64,000 nucleotides of DNA from a virus. Lineage: Duplodnaviria > Caudoviricetes. Each line of letters begins with the position of its first letter. Position 1 is the stretch's first letter. Below the pieces are notes generated by a model that was not told where the DNA came from, did no database searches, and saw nothing but the letters and a program-made list of their open reading frames with translations. The stretch spans positions 1 through 64,000 of the IMG/VR virus record IMGVR_UViG_3300021256_000095; one strand, written 5' to 3'. Below, piece by piece: positions 28,281 to 39,487 of this stretch. The position numbers were made by a program, and so were the translations under genes.

Positions 28281-28565
28281 TTAGATTTCAAAGGAAGCAT
28301 AGCCGAGCTGAACATCAAAGCCTTCGAAGTGGTAGATCACATAGAAGTCACCTTCGTAAGAAAGACATTCTGCTTCGAGCATTTCACGGAAAGCACCAAC
28401 CGCTTCTTCATCGTCATACTCACGCTCTACTTCAGACCAATCATCATCGAAACCTTCAAAGTCCTGTAAATCTACGTGAAGCACTTCATCAGAGAGCCAC
28501 ATTTCAGCATCAGCACCGAGACCTTCAACAACCGCTATCATCATTTCTAAAGACATCATTTTCAT
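28281..28565 (-). CDS. highly acidic small protein
   Basis: About 27 D/E versus about 3 K/R by manual count. Confidence 0.7.
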   Translation of the reverse strand: MKMMSLEMMIAVVEGLGADAEMWLSDEVLHVDLQDFEGFDDDWSEVEREYDDEEAVGAFREMLEAECLSYEGDFYVIYHFEGFDVQLGYASFEI

Positions 28566-28658
28566 TTCCTCTCTTTCGTTTGTTTCTATAACTATTATAG
28601 CGTATCCGGCTTGACTTGTCAAGCACTTTTTTAAATTTTTTTGATTTTTTCAGAGGGT

Positions 28659-28766
28659 CTACTCTGAGTAGACCCAGCCCCCGATTTCAGAGGCGATGGC
28701 TTCCGCCTCAACCTCGTCGGTCGTTCTGTAGAAGAACTGATTGTTCATGTCGATTACGTAGTACAT
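28659..28766 (-). CDS. 35-aa acidic peptide (paralog of the ORF at 33228)
   Basis: MYYVIDMNNQFFYRTTDEVEAEAIASEIGGWVYSE; SD AGGAGG and its own promoter. Confidence 0.7.
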   Translation of the reverse strand: MYYVIDMNNQFFYRTTDEVEAEAIASEIGGWVYSE

Positions 28767-28983
28767 ACTGTGTACCTCCTTCCTTTATCTTGACTTAATT
28801 ATAGCACTTTAAACCGGTGTTGTCAACCCTTTTGTGAAAAATTTTTCAAAAAAATTTTTTTAATTTTCCTCTTGACAAAACTCATGGCGGTGTGGTATAA
28901 TATTTTCGCCCGCCAGGCGGTCGCTGAGGTCAGAGGTCGGTTGCTGAAAAACTGCGGTCTCTGATTTCAGAGACCGCATACTT

Positions 28984-29235
28984 TTATCTGTAATAGCTAC
29001 TTAATTCAATTATCTTATGACATTTATCACATCTATAAATGTAGCTCTTTGTACTGGCAGTGCCATTACGAACTAACTGACTATATTCATAATGACCGCC
29101 ACACTCTGTACAGACACCGTTATTATAAATTTTTTCATCGTGCTTCTTTTCAAGATAGCAAACACCTACTAAAATAATTATTAATACCGCCATTCCGATA
29201 ATAACCTTTACCATATTAAAAAACATTTCCTTCAT
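28984..29235 (-). CDS. TM + zinc-ribbon protein
   Basis: N-terminal TM helix; CTECGG...CDKC. Confidence 0.65.
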   Translation of the reverse strand: MKEMFFNMVKVIIGMAVLIIILVGVCYLEKKHDEKIYNNGVCTECGGHYEYSQLVRNGTASTKSYIYRCDKCHKIIELSSYYR

Positions 29236-30147
29236 AAGAATATACCTCTCTTTCCTTTACTATGATTTAAGTATAGCACACTGGTGGGCGCTTGTCAAGC
29301 AAAATATTGCACAAAATTACAGGAAAATTTTTGTGCAGTTTGCACATAAAAAAGTGCTTGACAAACAGCCTGAGATCTGCTCTAACAAGTACAGCGGTCT
29401 GCTGGCGATTCGCACAGCCGCCAGCAGACCGCCCAAAGACGAGGAAGTTATTCTTCCTCATCCATCACTGGCTTAGCTATCATCACCGCAAAAGCTAACC
29501 GCAGAATGTCTATATTGGTTATTGTCTTTGCCATCCTTGAGAACTCTACCGTATATTCATCTTCAAAACCTCTTCTTCTTATCATCTCGTCAAGCATTTC
29601 TTCTCTATTCAGCATTTTTGTTTTCCTCTCTTTCCTTTTTGTAAGTTTATTATATCATAAAGAAGTTTACTTGTCAACCCTTTATTTTTATTTTTCTAAA
29701 TCTTTTATTTGCCTGTTTCTTGGTTGCAACTTTTTCTACCCACCAAAGACCGCCAAAAGTACACTGTCCTACAAATTTTGTTCTTGCCATTTTTTTATAA
29801 TCCGCTCTTCCCATATCTTTACCTCTCTTGTTTTTCTTTATTATATCATAAGGGGTTGAGGTTGTCAACCCCTATTTTCTTTTAATTTCAAATTTTTCAG
29901 TAGGAAAATCAAAACTTAATGTTATACAATTTGCATTTGTTTCAGAAATTATAGGCTCTGAATTTACCCAGATATTATAGTTAAGCTCTTTATTTATAAT
30001 TATATCTGCATCCATTGGATAATCTAAAAGTTTTGTAATTAAATCTTTTACTGTCATTTTTTTATCCTCTCTTTAATCTTTTGTAAGTTTATTGTATCAT
30101 ATATTTTTTTATTTGTCAACAACTATTTTTATTTTTCATATATGACC

Positions 30148-30456
30148 TTAGCAATATGCTAAGGTCATATTTGCCCACTTCAGAATTGAAATCTGATTGC
30201 AAGCCCGCCCGATTGTAAGGGCTTCACGCTTGGTATTTACTCGCTTACTCTTATCTATATACCAAACACCATTTGAGAACCATATGCCACAGTTGCCGTC
30301 ATATGCTTTGATTGCCTTCATAGCAACAACCATATCTTCGGTCTCTATGCCTTCGGTGGCAACCTGCCACCCTGACTTGTAGGTTATAACCTTACCATTC
30401 TTAAGGGTAAGCCCGCCGTTGTCCTTTATCTTTTTGAGTGTTCTTATGTTTATCAT
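30148..30456 (-). CDS. hypothetical protein
   Basis: SD GAGG and its own promoter. Confidence 0.7.
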   Translation of the reverse strand: MINIRTLKKIKDNGGLTLKNGKVITYKSGWQVATEGIETEDMVVAMKAIKAYDGNCGIWFSNGVWYIDKSKRVNTKREALTIGRACNQISILKWANMTLAYC

Positions 30457-30671
30457 TTTGTTTTCCTCTCTTTCCTTTACTGTAATTAAAGTATATCATA
30501 CTCAACCGGATTTGTCAACAAAAAAATTGCACAAAAATAGGATTTTTTATTGTATAAAATTTTTGAAAAAAGTGCTTGACAAAATGCGTATAGCTGTGAT
30601 ATAATATTTTTGGCGTGGCGGCAGCCGCTGCCGAGTATTAAAAAAAGAAAAGGCGTTTCCGCCTTTTCTTT

Positions 30672-30800
30672 TTATGGTGTAGGAATGAACTTTACAACCT
30701 TTCCGTGCTGACGCTCTTCCCATTTTTTCTCTGAAGCGCTCAGACCACGATACCAACACTGATAACCATCTTCAAAAATATACCAACCTGTAGACTTCAT
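30672..30800 (-). CDS. 42-aa peptide
   Basis: MKSTGWYIFEDGYQCWYRGLSASEKKWEERQHGKVVKFIPTP; between its own promoter and a terminator. Confidence 0.6.
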   Translation of the reverse strand: MKSTGWYIFEDGYQCWYRGLSASEKKWEERQHGKVVKFIPTP

Positions 30801-32731
30801 AATTTTTTACCCTTTACCTTTCGGTTTCCTTTCCTTTTGTTATATTTATAATATCATACTTTTTTTAGTTTGTCAACAACTATTTTTTATTTTTTTATGG
30901 GAGTGAGAAGCTCTAATCAAAGAGTTTCTCACTTGTCTGATAAAGCTTATCAGTGAAAATGTGGTCATATACATAACGTGGATACCAAACACTGATAACG
31001 TCCTTCTTGCGTCCTCTTGCAAGTTCCTTTCCGTCCTTATCTCTTAAAACCCAAACTCTCCAATTCTTATTCATACCTTTGTACCTTTCAACCTTTCCGG
31101 TCGTCCTTTCCTTTATTGTGATTTTATTATATCATGGGCTTGACCATCTGTCAAGCCCTTTTTATTAAATTTTTAAGATTTTTTGTAAGCTCTCTGTCTT
31201 TCAAATGAGCAACCGGCGCTTGGCTCGTCCGCCCACCCTATTCGATTGTGTTGCTTATCTCTTATCTTGATTAAATTATATCAAACAAGACCGGTTTTGT
31301 CAATACTTTTTTATAAAAAATTTTGCACAAATTAAGGATAAAAATTTATATAAAATTTGTGCAAATTTCCACTTGACAAAACCCGTTGCCATGTGATATA
31401 ATTTTTGGCGCTGAAACGTATGTAACGAAAAAAGAGCCTTTCGGCTCTTTTTTACACTGCTGTGAGTAAACCTGAATAAACTCTTAACCACATATCCTGC
31501 ATATCTGTATCATGTCCTATTGCTTCCCAAACTTTTGTGTCAAGTTCTTCAATTTCAAATTCCATTTCATCTTCGTCTACCTCTGAAAGAGACTCTGCAA
31601 AAAATGCTAATGCTTCGATATAATCCTTTTTTAAGTTCTTCTTGATTTCTTTCTTTGTCATATTTTTGTACCTTTTCCGTTTCCGGTTTTCCTTTCCTTT
31701 ACTGTAATTAAAGTATATCATCTTTAATACATTTTGTCAATAGTTTTTTTAAAATTTTTTTATTTATTTTTCTTGTCATTTTGCACAAATTTTGTGATCA
31801 AAATTTGTGCAATTTTTTATTATTTTTTACTTGACAAATTACACTGCCATGTGATATAATTTTTTGGCGGTCAGGCGGTCGGTAACAAAAGAAAAGGCTG
31901 ATTTACTCAGCCTTTACTTTGTAGGTAAAAAGTGTTATTTCTTTGTAGTTACCTTTTATTTTGTTGTACTCAGTGACTGCCTCGGCTCTATCTGTAAAAG
32001 TTGCGATTTCTTCACCCTCTGCCCAAATTTCGTAAATATTCATCATGTTTTTGTCCTCCTTTTGTTTTTCTGATTTAATTATATCATTGTTTTTCTTACT
32101 TGTCAACTACTTTTTTATTTTTTTATTATTATTTTGAAGCCCGCATTTTCAAGTCTTTTTATATCAATCTCGCTTGCTTTTGTTTTATCAATTACATAAC
32201 CATCTATCATTATTATTGCCATTTTTTTTGTCCTCTTTTCCTTTTTCCTTTATTATACTATTTTCATTTTGTTTTGTCAACTATTTTTTAACTTTTTATC
32301 TTGAAGCTTTAAGCTTCAAGATAAAAGTTTTCTTCTTTATTCATTATTATTACAAAGTCAAGATTGAAAAGCTTCTTTTCTTTTGCGTAAAAATTAAATG
32401 TGTTCATTGCTTCTTTGTAGTTTCTTGTTTCAATGACTTCCTTATCTGCTAATAAAACTTCGTACATAATTTTCACCTTTTCAGCTTTCGCTGTCCTTTC
32501 CTTTATCTTGATTTAAGTATATCACCAACAACCGGTTTTGTCAATACTTTTTTTAAAAATTTTTTATTTATTTTTGCACAAATTAAGTGATAAAAATTTG
32601 TACAAATTTTTTGCAAATTCTACTTGACAAAATGTGCTTTCATGTGTTATAATATTTTTGGCTTTTTTACGTTGTTTTCGATTAAATTAAAAAACTTGAA
32701 GCCTTTTGCTTCAAGTTTTTTATTTATTTTA

Positions 32732-32935
32732 TTATCTTTTATTTATCCATTCTGTGATAATCACTTTATTTCTTTTGTTTCTATCATCAGCTTCTTTTGT
32801 TTCCCATGTCCATGTATCTATCATTTTAAGCATGAAATCAACTTTTTCAATTTCTTCAAGTGCTTTATTAAGTTTTTCAATTGTATCATTGTTTGTATAC
32901 TCTTTTCCTCTAATCGTGATTGTACTTTCGTTCAT
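32732..32935 (-). CDS. hypothetical protein
   Basis: SD AGGT and its own promoter. Confidence 0.6.
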   Translation of the reverse strand: MNESTITIRGKEYTNNDTIEKLNKALEEIEKVDFMLKMIDTWTWETKEADDRNKRNKVIITEWINKR

Positions 32936-33227
32936 AGTTTTTACCTTTCCTTTCCTTTTGTTTGTTTTCCTTTTTCTTGAGTTAAGTATAACAAATTAAA
33001 CCAGTTTTGTCAATACTTTTTTAAAATATTTTTTATTGTTATTTTTCACAAAAATAGGAAAAAAATTTGTTTATTTTTTTGCAAAAAAACACTTGACAAA
33101 CTATGCTGTGCTGTGGTATAATTAAATTTGGAGTTTTTTCGAGTGGTGCGGCTGGTCGCTCTTCGTGGCGTTTCAAGGCGCGGTTCGCGCACATCAAAAA
33201 AAGAAGAGCTTTTCAGCTCTTCTTTTT

Positions 33228-33356
33228 GTCTACCAAACGAAGTCCTCGTCTGTCATGTAGAACCCGCCGATTTCCTCAGCTATGAGTCTTGCGCCTTCCT
33301 CGTCATTCTTTACTGTTGTGAATATTCTGTTGTTTGTGTCGATGATGTAGTATGTC
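33228..33356 (-). CDS. 42-aa acidic peptide (paralog of the ORF at 28659)
   Basis: MTYYIIDTNNRIFTTVKNDEEGARLIAEEIGGFYMTDEDFVW. Confidence 0.65.
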
Positions 33357-33708
33357 ATATTTTTTTACCTTAGCCTCTTGGCTTCCTTTCCTTTACTGTG
33401 ATTAAAGTATATCACAAATCAATTTATTTGTCAATAAAAATTTTGCACAAAAATAGAAAAATTTTTTGTGTAAAATTTTTTAAAATTTTTACTTGACAAA
33501 ATATCTTCTTTATGATACAATTAATCTAAATTTGAATAGAGATCATTTTTGATTAATTATAATTAAATGGTAGCGGCTACAAGTTCAGCTTACCTAACAA
33601 AAGTTAGGCACAGTAAACTCAAGTTAGTTAAAACTAATTTGGGTTAGACCCGGCTAACCATATGGGCTGTGAAAAATCGAACAGGTGTTCAAAAAAATGC
33701 GCACCCCA

Positions 33709-33802
33709 ATTCTCACAGAAAATAATTTTTTAAATCGAATAACGAGTAAATAATATCCAACGTCTATTCTCAGAGAAAATATTTTTTTTAATCGAATAAC
33801 GA
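33709..33802. repeat. 37-bp direct repeat x2 (period 57)
   Basis: ATTCTCA(C/G)AGAAAATA.TTTTTT.AATCGAATAACGA at 33709 and 33766. Confidence 0.85.
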
Positions 33803-33846
33803 ATCCTCTAAAAAATTACACACCTACCCTCTATTCCAATTACGAA

Positions 33847-34350
33847 TTAAACGTATTTCTTACTTAGTTCTTTGTCCTTCTTTTTTTCATAATTAATCTT
33901 CTCCATATCTGGATCTTCAATACTCCCTTCCAATCCCTCATCTTCAATAACTAAAATATCAAATTGAGTTTCTCCAAAAACATAAAATAATAATTCATAA
34001 ATTTCATTCCATTCAAACTCTTCAAAATCTTTCTCTGCAAAAAGTAATTTACAAGGTCGAAATGTATTTCTTATATTTATTAATCCTTCAAGTAATCTAT
34101 TTTTAGTAACAGTTTTCTGATAACCACACACAATCAAAAGAATTAAATTTCTCAAAAGAAAATGCGCAAACCCATGTCCGTTCCATCCATCGAGCGCTTG
34201 CGGATTCACCTTATATTTTTCTTTTATGCGCGGACCGACCCCTCTTTCCATGCTACACTTATTATCACTTAAATAAACTAAAATCCTATCATCATAATCA
34301 AATATATTTCCTTCTCTTTTATTATAAACCATGCGCGAACGCGGCCTCAT
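33847..34350 (-). CDS. diverged macro-domain (Poa1p/TARG1-like) protein
   Basis: EGNIF...MERGVGPRIKEKY...EWNEIYELLFYVFGETQFDILV resembles the small-macrodomain layout; the active-site motif is degenerate. Confidence 0.45.
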   Translation of the reverse strand: MRPRSRMVYNKREGNIFDYDDRILVYLSDNKCSMERGVGPRIKEKYKVNPQALDGWNGHGFAHFLLRNLILLIVCGYQKTVTKNRLLEGLINIRNTFRPCKLLFAEKDFEEFEWNEIYELLFYVFGETQFDILVIEDEGLEGSIEDPDMEKINYEKKKDKELSKKYV

Positions 34351-34365
34351 GACGCCTCAAAGCTC
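34345..34365 (-). repeat. 21-bp repeat, right (inverted) copy
   Basis: CCTCATGACGCCTCAAAGCTC is the reverse complement of 16308-16328. Confidence 0.95.
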
Positions 34366-34507
34366 GCCTGCCGCATCTCCTTTCTAAATATTTTCTAATA
34401 TAATTATATATTATTTTTTCTTTTTTGTCAAATTTGCCCAAAAAGACCTTGACAAAAGAAAAATTTTTTAGTATAATGAATATATAAAATAAGAAAGGAG
34501 ATTTCCA

Positions 34508-35635
34508 ATGCAAAGTACAAAAGAAAAGCAAGAAGATTCTGAAAGAATTAAACTTGATTATACAATTACAGACCCTTCAGAAAGAATTGCATTAGTTAAT
34601 CAAATTATTGAGAATACTCCTTCAGAAAAAATGACTAATAAATATTTAGATGTTTTAGCTGATTATATCATTTTTACTATGAATAAAAAAGAAAATGATA
34701 AAAAGATTATTACTAAAAATAGAAAAAATGCTACCATAGACAAACGGGAAACAAGCTTAGAAGGTTTAGCTATGATTTTTAGTAATGATGAAGGAAATAG
34801 TAATTCTTTAAGAGAAGATAGTCTTTATAATTTAATTATAGATAATGATAAAAATATTATTCTCACACCAAAAATTTCTATTACAGAAGAAGATATTGAA
34901 GAAGTTCCAGGGTTGCGCGAACTGGTAGATGAAATTCATAGATTAGAAAGCTGTCTTCAAACAGCAACAGGGCGCGCCCGCTATTCAATTAAAAAGAATA
35001 TAATAGAATTAAGAAAAGATCAATATGTTCTTAAAATGTCTTATAAAAAACCTATCGCGTGTATTAACGCAACTAAATCCGCATCAAAACTAAATCTTTA
35101 TGAAAATATATCTATAAATGAAGATGATCTTACTATTGATGCAAATGTTTCGTTACTCATTCCCGCGCACGTTTCCGCAATTTTATGTAATTATTCAAAA
35201 ATAAAACAAGAATGTTATGGAAAGTTTGAATCAGATATGTATTATCTTATTCTTTCTCTTGAAGAATTAATATTGCGCGCGCTTGAAGATTATCCTCTTT
35301 ATTATGACTTATTAGTTTATAAAATTGATGGATTACAAAATACTGATATTCAAAGAGAATTAGAGATGACTTTTGGAATTAGATATTCTGTTGAATATAT
35401 ATCATCTTTATGGAGAAATAAAATACCTAAATTAATAGCTGAACAAGCTCAAAAAGAATGGCTTGAATGGCATTATACAGAAAAAGAAAAAGGACATTGG
35501 AAAAAATGTAGTAGATGTGGACAAATTAAATTAGGACATACAAAGTTTTTTTCAAAAAATAAGACTTCAAAAGACGGATGGTATAGTATCTGTAAAGATT
35601 GTCGAAATAAAAAAGTAGGGGCGGTGAAAGATTAA
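34508..35635 (+). CDS. HTH + C-terminal zinc-finger protein (possible sigma-like regulator)
   Basis: Region-4-like HTH (LQNTDIQRELE...SVEYISSLW); CSRC...CKDC; first gene of the structural arm. Confidence 0.6.
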   Translation: MQSTKEKQEDSERIKLDYTITDPSERIALVNQIIENTPSEKMTNKYLDVLADYIIFTMNKKENDKKIITKNRKNATIDKRETSLEGLAMIFSNDEGNSNSLREDSLYNLIIDNDKNIILTPKISITEEDIEEVPGLRELVDEIHRLESCLQTATGRARYSIKKNIIELRKDQYVLKMSYKKPIACINATKSASKLNLYENISINEDDLTIDANVSLLIPAHVSAILCNYSKIKQECYGKFESDMYYLILSLEELILRALEDYPLYYDLLVYKIDGLQNTDIQRELEMTFGIRYSVEYISSLWRNKIPKLIAEQAQKEWLEWHYTEKEKGHWKKCSRCGQIKLGHTKFFSKNKTSKDGWYSICKDCRNKKVGAVKD

Positions 35636-36924
35636 TGGCAACATTAAAAGATGGCGCGACTCCAAAACAAAAATACACTTGTTCAAGATGTAAAAAAACT
35701 ATGTCTGAAATTAAATTTTATAAGCATAGAGATGGAACGCATGATGAAATGTGTAAAGATTGCCTTTGCGCGCACATAAATAATTTTGAACCAGATACTT
35801 TTACTTGGATTCTTCAAAGAATGGATGTTCCTTATATTCCTCCTGAATGGAATATATTAAGAGATAAAAAATTTCAAGAAGATCCTAAAGGCGGGACTGG
35901 GGGATCCGCGGTTATGGGCAAGTATTTGGCGAAAATGAAGCTCAAACAGTGGTATGATAAAGAAACGGGAAAACCTTATACTTGGGCGGATTCTGAAAGA
36001 ATTATGAAAGAAAAGTATTCAGATGTTGAAGCAGAAATGACAGAAGAAGATAAAGCTGAAGAAGAAGCCCGTAACGAAGAACTAAAAAAAGCTTTTGCAG
36101 AAGGCGTTATTTCAGAAGCAGAATATAAAACTTTAGCTTCAACAGAAAGTCAAAAAGAAAATCTTCAAAGTCCATCTAATCCTAGTGGAGTAGATGTTTT
36201 TAATCTACCTGGCGGCGGGCAGGTGGTTGGAGATACATTTGACGCAGGATATATGTCTGAAGACGAGCTTCCAGACCCAGCAGCTGAATTAACTGACGAA
36301 GATAAAATTTATTTAGCTATGAAATGGGGCAGATTATATAAACCTAATGAGTGGATTGAACTTGAAAAGAAGTACACTGAAATGATGGATTCATTTGATA
36401 TTCAAGATGCGGACTCCCGCAATACATTAATTCTAATGTGTAAAACTGACTTAAAAATGAATCAGGCTATTGATTGTGGAGACGTAGATGGCTATCAAAA
36501 GCTTGCGCGAGTTAGTGATGGATTAAGAAAATCTGGTAAGTTTACTGCCGCACAGAATAAAGATAAAGATAATGATCAAATTTCATGTGTAGGACAAATT
36601 GTTGCTTTCTGTGAAAGAGAAGAAGGTTTTATCCCAAGATTTGTAACAGACGTTCCTCAAGATATAATTGATGTAATAATTCAAGATAATCAAAAATATC
36701 TATATAATTTAGTAACAAAAGATTTAGGTTTTGGTCAACAGATAGAAAATTATTTAAAGAAAATACAATTAGAACATGAAGCTCTTGAAGGAGAAGTTGG
36801 AGTAGAAGATGATGAAATCCAAGATGAAGATATTGCAAAATATTATGAAAGAATTGAAGAAGAACGAAAAGAAGATAGTTTAGTAACTCAAGAGTCAAAT
36901 GCATATGAAAAGGAAGGTGATTAA
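35635..36924 (+). CDS. zinc-finger protein upstream of terL (small-terminase position)
   Basis: CSRC...CKDC; coupled to both neighbours. The role is inferred from position. Confidence 0.55.
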   Translation: MATLKDGATPKQKYTCSRCKKTMSEIKFYKHRDGTHDEMCKDCLCAHINNFEPDTFTWILQRMDVPYIPPEWNILRDKKFQEDPKGGTGGSAVMGKYLAKMKLKQWYDKETGKPYTWADSERIMKEKYSDVEAEMTEEDKAEEEARNEELKKAFAEGVISEAEYKTLASTESQKENLQSPSNPSGVDVFNLPGGGQVVGDTFDAGYMSEDELPDPAAELTDEDKIYLAMKWGRLYKPNEWIELEKKYTEMMDSFDIQDADSRNTLILMCKTDLKMNQAIDCGDVDGYQKLARVSDGLRKSGKFTAAQNKDKDNDQISCVGQIVAFCEREEGFIPRFVTDVPQDIIDVIIQDNQKYLYNLVTKDLGFGQQIENYLKKIQLEHEALEGEVGVEDDEIQDEDIAKYYERIEEERKEDSLVTQESNAYEKEGD

Positions 36925-39038
36925 ATGGGGTTAGCAGATTTAATCGCTTTATCAACAAATAAAGCTAATCAAAAGATAGGTGTTTCTGAAGAGCGGTTGC
37001 GGGCTTGTTTGCCTGAATTAAGAAAAGCAATAAGTTTTTATAGAGAATATCCTGACATGTATATAGATTTTTGTGTCGAATGCAGTGGCGGAAAAGGTAA
37101 AGTTTTACATTTATATACTTATCAAAGAGTTTTTTTAAGACAAGCTATGCGTTATCGACACGTATATGCAGTTTACCCGCGTGCTTATTCTAAATCATTT
37201 TTATCAGTATTAGTTTTAATGCTTAGATGTATCTTTTATCCAGGATGTCATTTGTTTGTTACTACTGGCGGTAAGGAACAAGCTACAGGAATTGTTCGAG
37301 AGAAAGCTGAGGAATTATGTAAACTTGTTCCAGGATTAGCAAATGAAGTAAATTTTGACAGAGGTAAATCTAAATCTTCAAAAGAAGAATTTAGTTATTT
37401 ATTTAAAAATGGAAGTATTCTTGATGTTATGGCCGCAAGACAAAGTTCGAGAGGTCGAAGAGCTACTGGAGGACTTATAGAAGAATGCGTACTTGTGGAT
37501 GGTACACTTCTTAATGAAGTAATAATCCCAACTATGAACGTAGATAGACTTCTTTCAGATGGCACTAGACGAGAGGAAGAAATCATTAATAAGAGTCAAA
37601 TTTATGTTAATTTTTTTGGTCAAAACGTTACAAAGTTGATTGTATTAAAAATGAATTAACTTATCAAGATTATGCGCTTGAATATAAAAAATTAACGGAG
37701 GAACAAAAAAAATAAATTAGCATCGCTATTAAGAGATTAATAGTTGTAAGCCATTGAATTGCTGGAAAGCCCTAACGTAAAGACGAGGGTAATCAGCAGC
37801 CAAACTCGAAAGAGAAGGTTCAACGACTATCCCGAAAGGGAGTACACTCAAGTGAGTGGAAGTGGTGGCCCCCTACTTGAAAGAGAGGGTGAAGATATAG
37901 TCTACTCTGTATAGAAATATACAGCAGTTCATTAGAGAACGCATACGGATTAACGACCCGTATGGAATAAAAAGGAACTACAGCAGGCTGGAAAAATACA
38001 TTCGCTTATGAAAAATTAATGATGATTTTACTTGAACAAGTAACAAATAGTGAAAGTTCAGTGGTAATGGGGGGAACATGGCGGATTCCAGTTGCAGAAG
38101 GCTTGTTAGCTAAAAATTTTATTCAACAGTTGAAGCTTGATGGAACATATAATGATAGTTCATTTGGAAGAGAATATGAATCTGAATGGAGCGGAGACGC
38201 GGAAAATGCTTATTTCTCGTCAGAGATTTTTGATAAATATCGTATTCTTTTACAGCCAGAATATGAATTTAGCGGAAGAAGTAGTAAAACCGCATATTAT
38301 GTGCTTGGTATAGACGTTGGTAGAAAAGGTTGTACTACAGAATGTGTAGTAATTAAAGTAACGCCGCAACCGCAAGGAACCTCACTGAAGTCTGTTGTAA
38401 ATATATATTCCTGGGAAGAAGAACATTTTGAACAGCAAGCTATAAATATTAAAAAATTATTTTATAAATATAAAGCAAGAGTTTGTGCTATTGATGCAAA
38501 TGGTCTTGGTATTGGACTCATAGACTATATGATTAAAACTCAAATAGATCCCGAAACTGGAGATGTGTTACCGCCTTTTGGGATTGATAATATTGCAGAT
38601 TATCCAGAGTATAAAAAATATAAAACTCCTGAAACTGAGAAAGATGCTATGTATCTTATTAAGGCGAATGCTCCTATTAACACAGAAGCACATAGTTATG
38701 TACAAACTCAATTATCAAGTGGAAAAGTTAAGTTTTTAATAGATGAAACTACTGCAAAATTAAAATTAATGGATACTAAATTAGGACAAGGAATGACTCC
38801 TGAAAAGAGAGCAGAATATTTAATGCCTTTTACTCTTACTACTTCATTAAGAGAACAAATGCTAAATTTAGTAGAAGATAATGAAGGTGTTAATATTATA
38901 TTAAAACAATCTTCAAGAGGTACTCCTAAAGATAAGTTTTCTGCTTTTGAATATGGGATGTTGTTTATAAAGAAAGAAGAAGAAAAGAAACATAGAAGAA
39001 AAGGTCTTGGTATAGCTGATTTAATGTTATTTAATTAA
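36925..39038 (+). CDS. terL: terminase large subunit; exons 36925-37607 and 37976-39038 (581 aa spliced)
   Basis: YPRAYSKSF (Walker A-like), GGLIEEC (Walker B), restored IYVTTAGW (motif III), VLGIDVGR and KDKFSA nuclease motifs. Confidence 0.93.
37608..37975 (+). mobile_element. group I intron, 368 nt, no intact endonuclease
   Basis: Exon ends in U and intron ends in G; AATTGCTGGAAA (P), AATCAGCAGCC (Q), GTTCAACGACTA (R), AAGATATAGTCT (S); removal restores the reading frame. Confidence 0.93.
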
Positions 39039-39113
39039 AAAATTTTTGGTCAAAGTTTGTTAAAGTTAATTTATTAATTTTTATATATATTATAGAGAAA
39101 GGAGAGCTTTGAT

Positions 39114-39470
39114 ATGAGAGCAAGTAGAGGTGAAATAACAATAGAAGAAATATTAACTGAAGCTGGATTAGAATTTCAAGAAGAATATAGTTTTAAAGAT
39201 CTCCTGTCTAATACCGGGCGCCCGCTTCGATTTGACTTTGCAGTTTTTGATGATGATGGAGCTTTAGATTTTCTTATTGAATATCAAGGTATTCAGCATT
39301 ATCAACCAAAAGAAAAATTTGGTGGTTGGAGCGGTTTACGGAAACAGCAATTTAATGATTTGAAAAAAAGAGAATATTGTAAAAAACATAATCTTAAATT
39401 AGTTATAATTCCTTATACTGATGAACCTATTTTAAGTTATGATTATATAATGAATTTAGCAGGATATTAA
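39114..39470 (+). CDS. small Vsr/DUF559-like endonuclease
   Basis: GE..I...L...F.QEYSF...LRFDFAV...IEYQGIQHY...D..K. Confidence 0.8.
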   Translation: MRASRGEITIEEILTEAGLEFQEEYSFKDLLSNTGRPLRFDFAVFDDDGALDFLIEYQGIQHYQPKEKFGGWSGLRKQQFNDLKKREYCKKHNLKLVIIPYTDEPILSYDYIMNLAGY

Positions 39471-39487
39471 AAAGGAGGATTAAGATT

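Noticed and set aside
36925-39038. Terminase pseudogene or frameshift
   Set aside because: The break is fully explained by a group I intron whose removal restores YVTTAG in frame.
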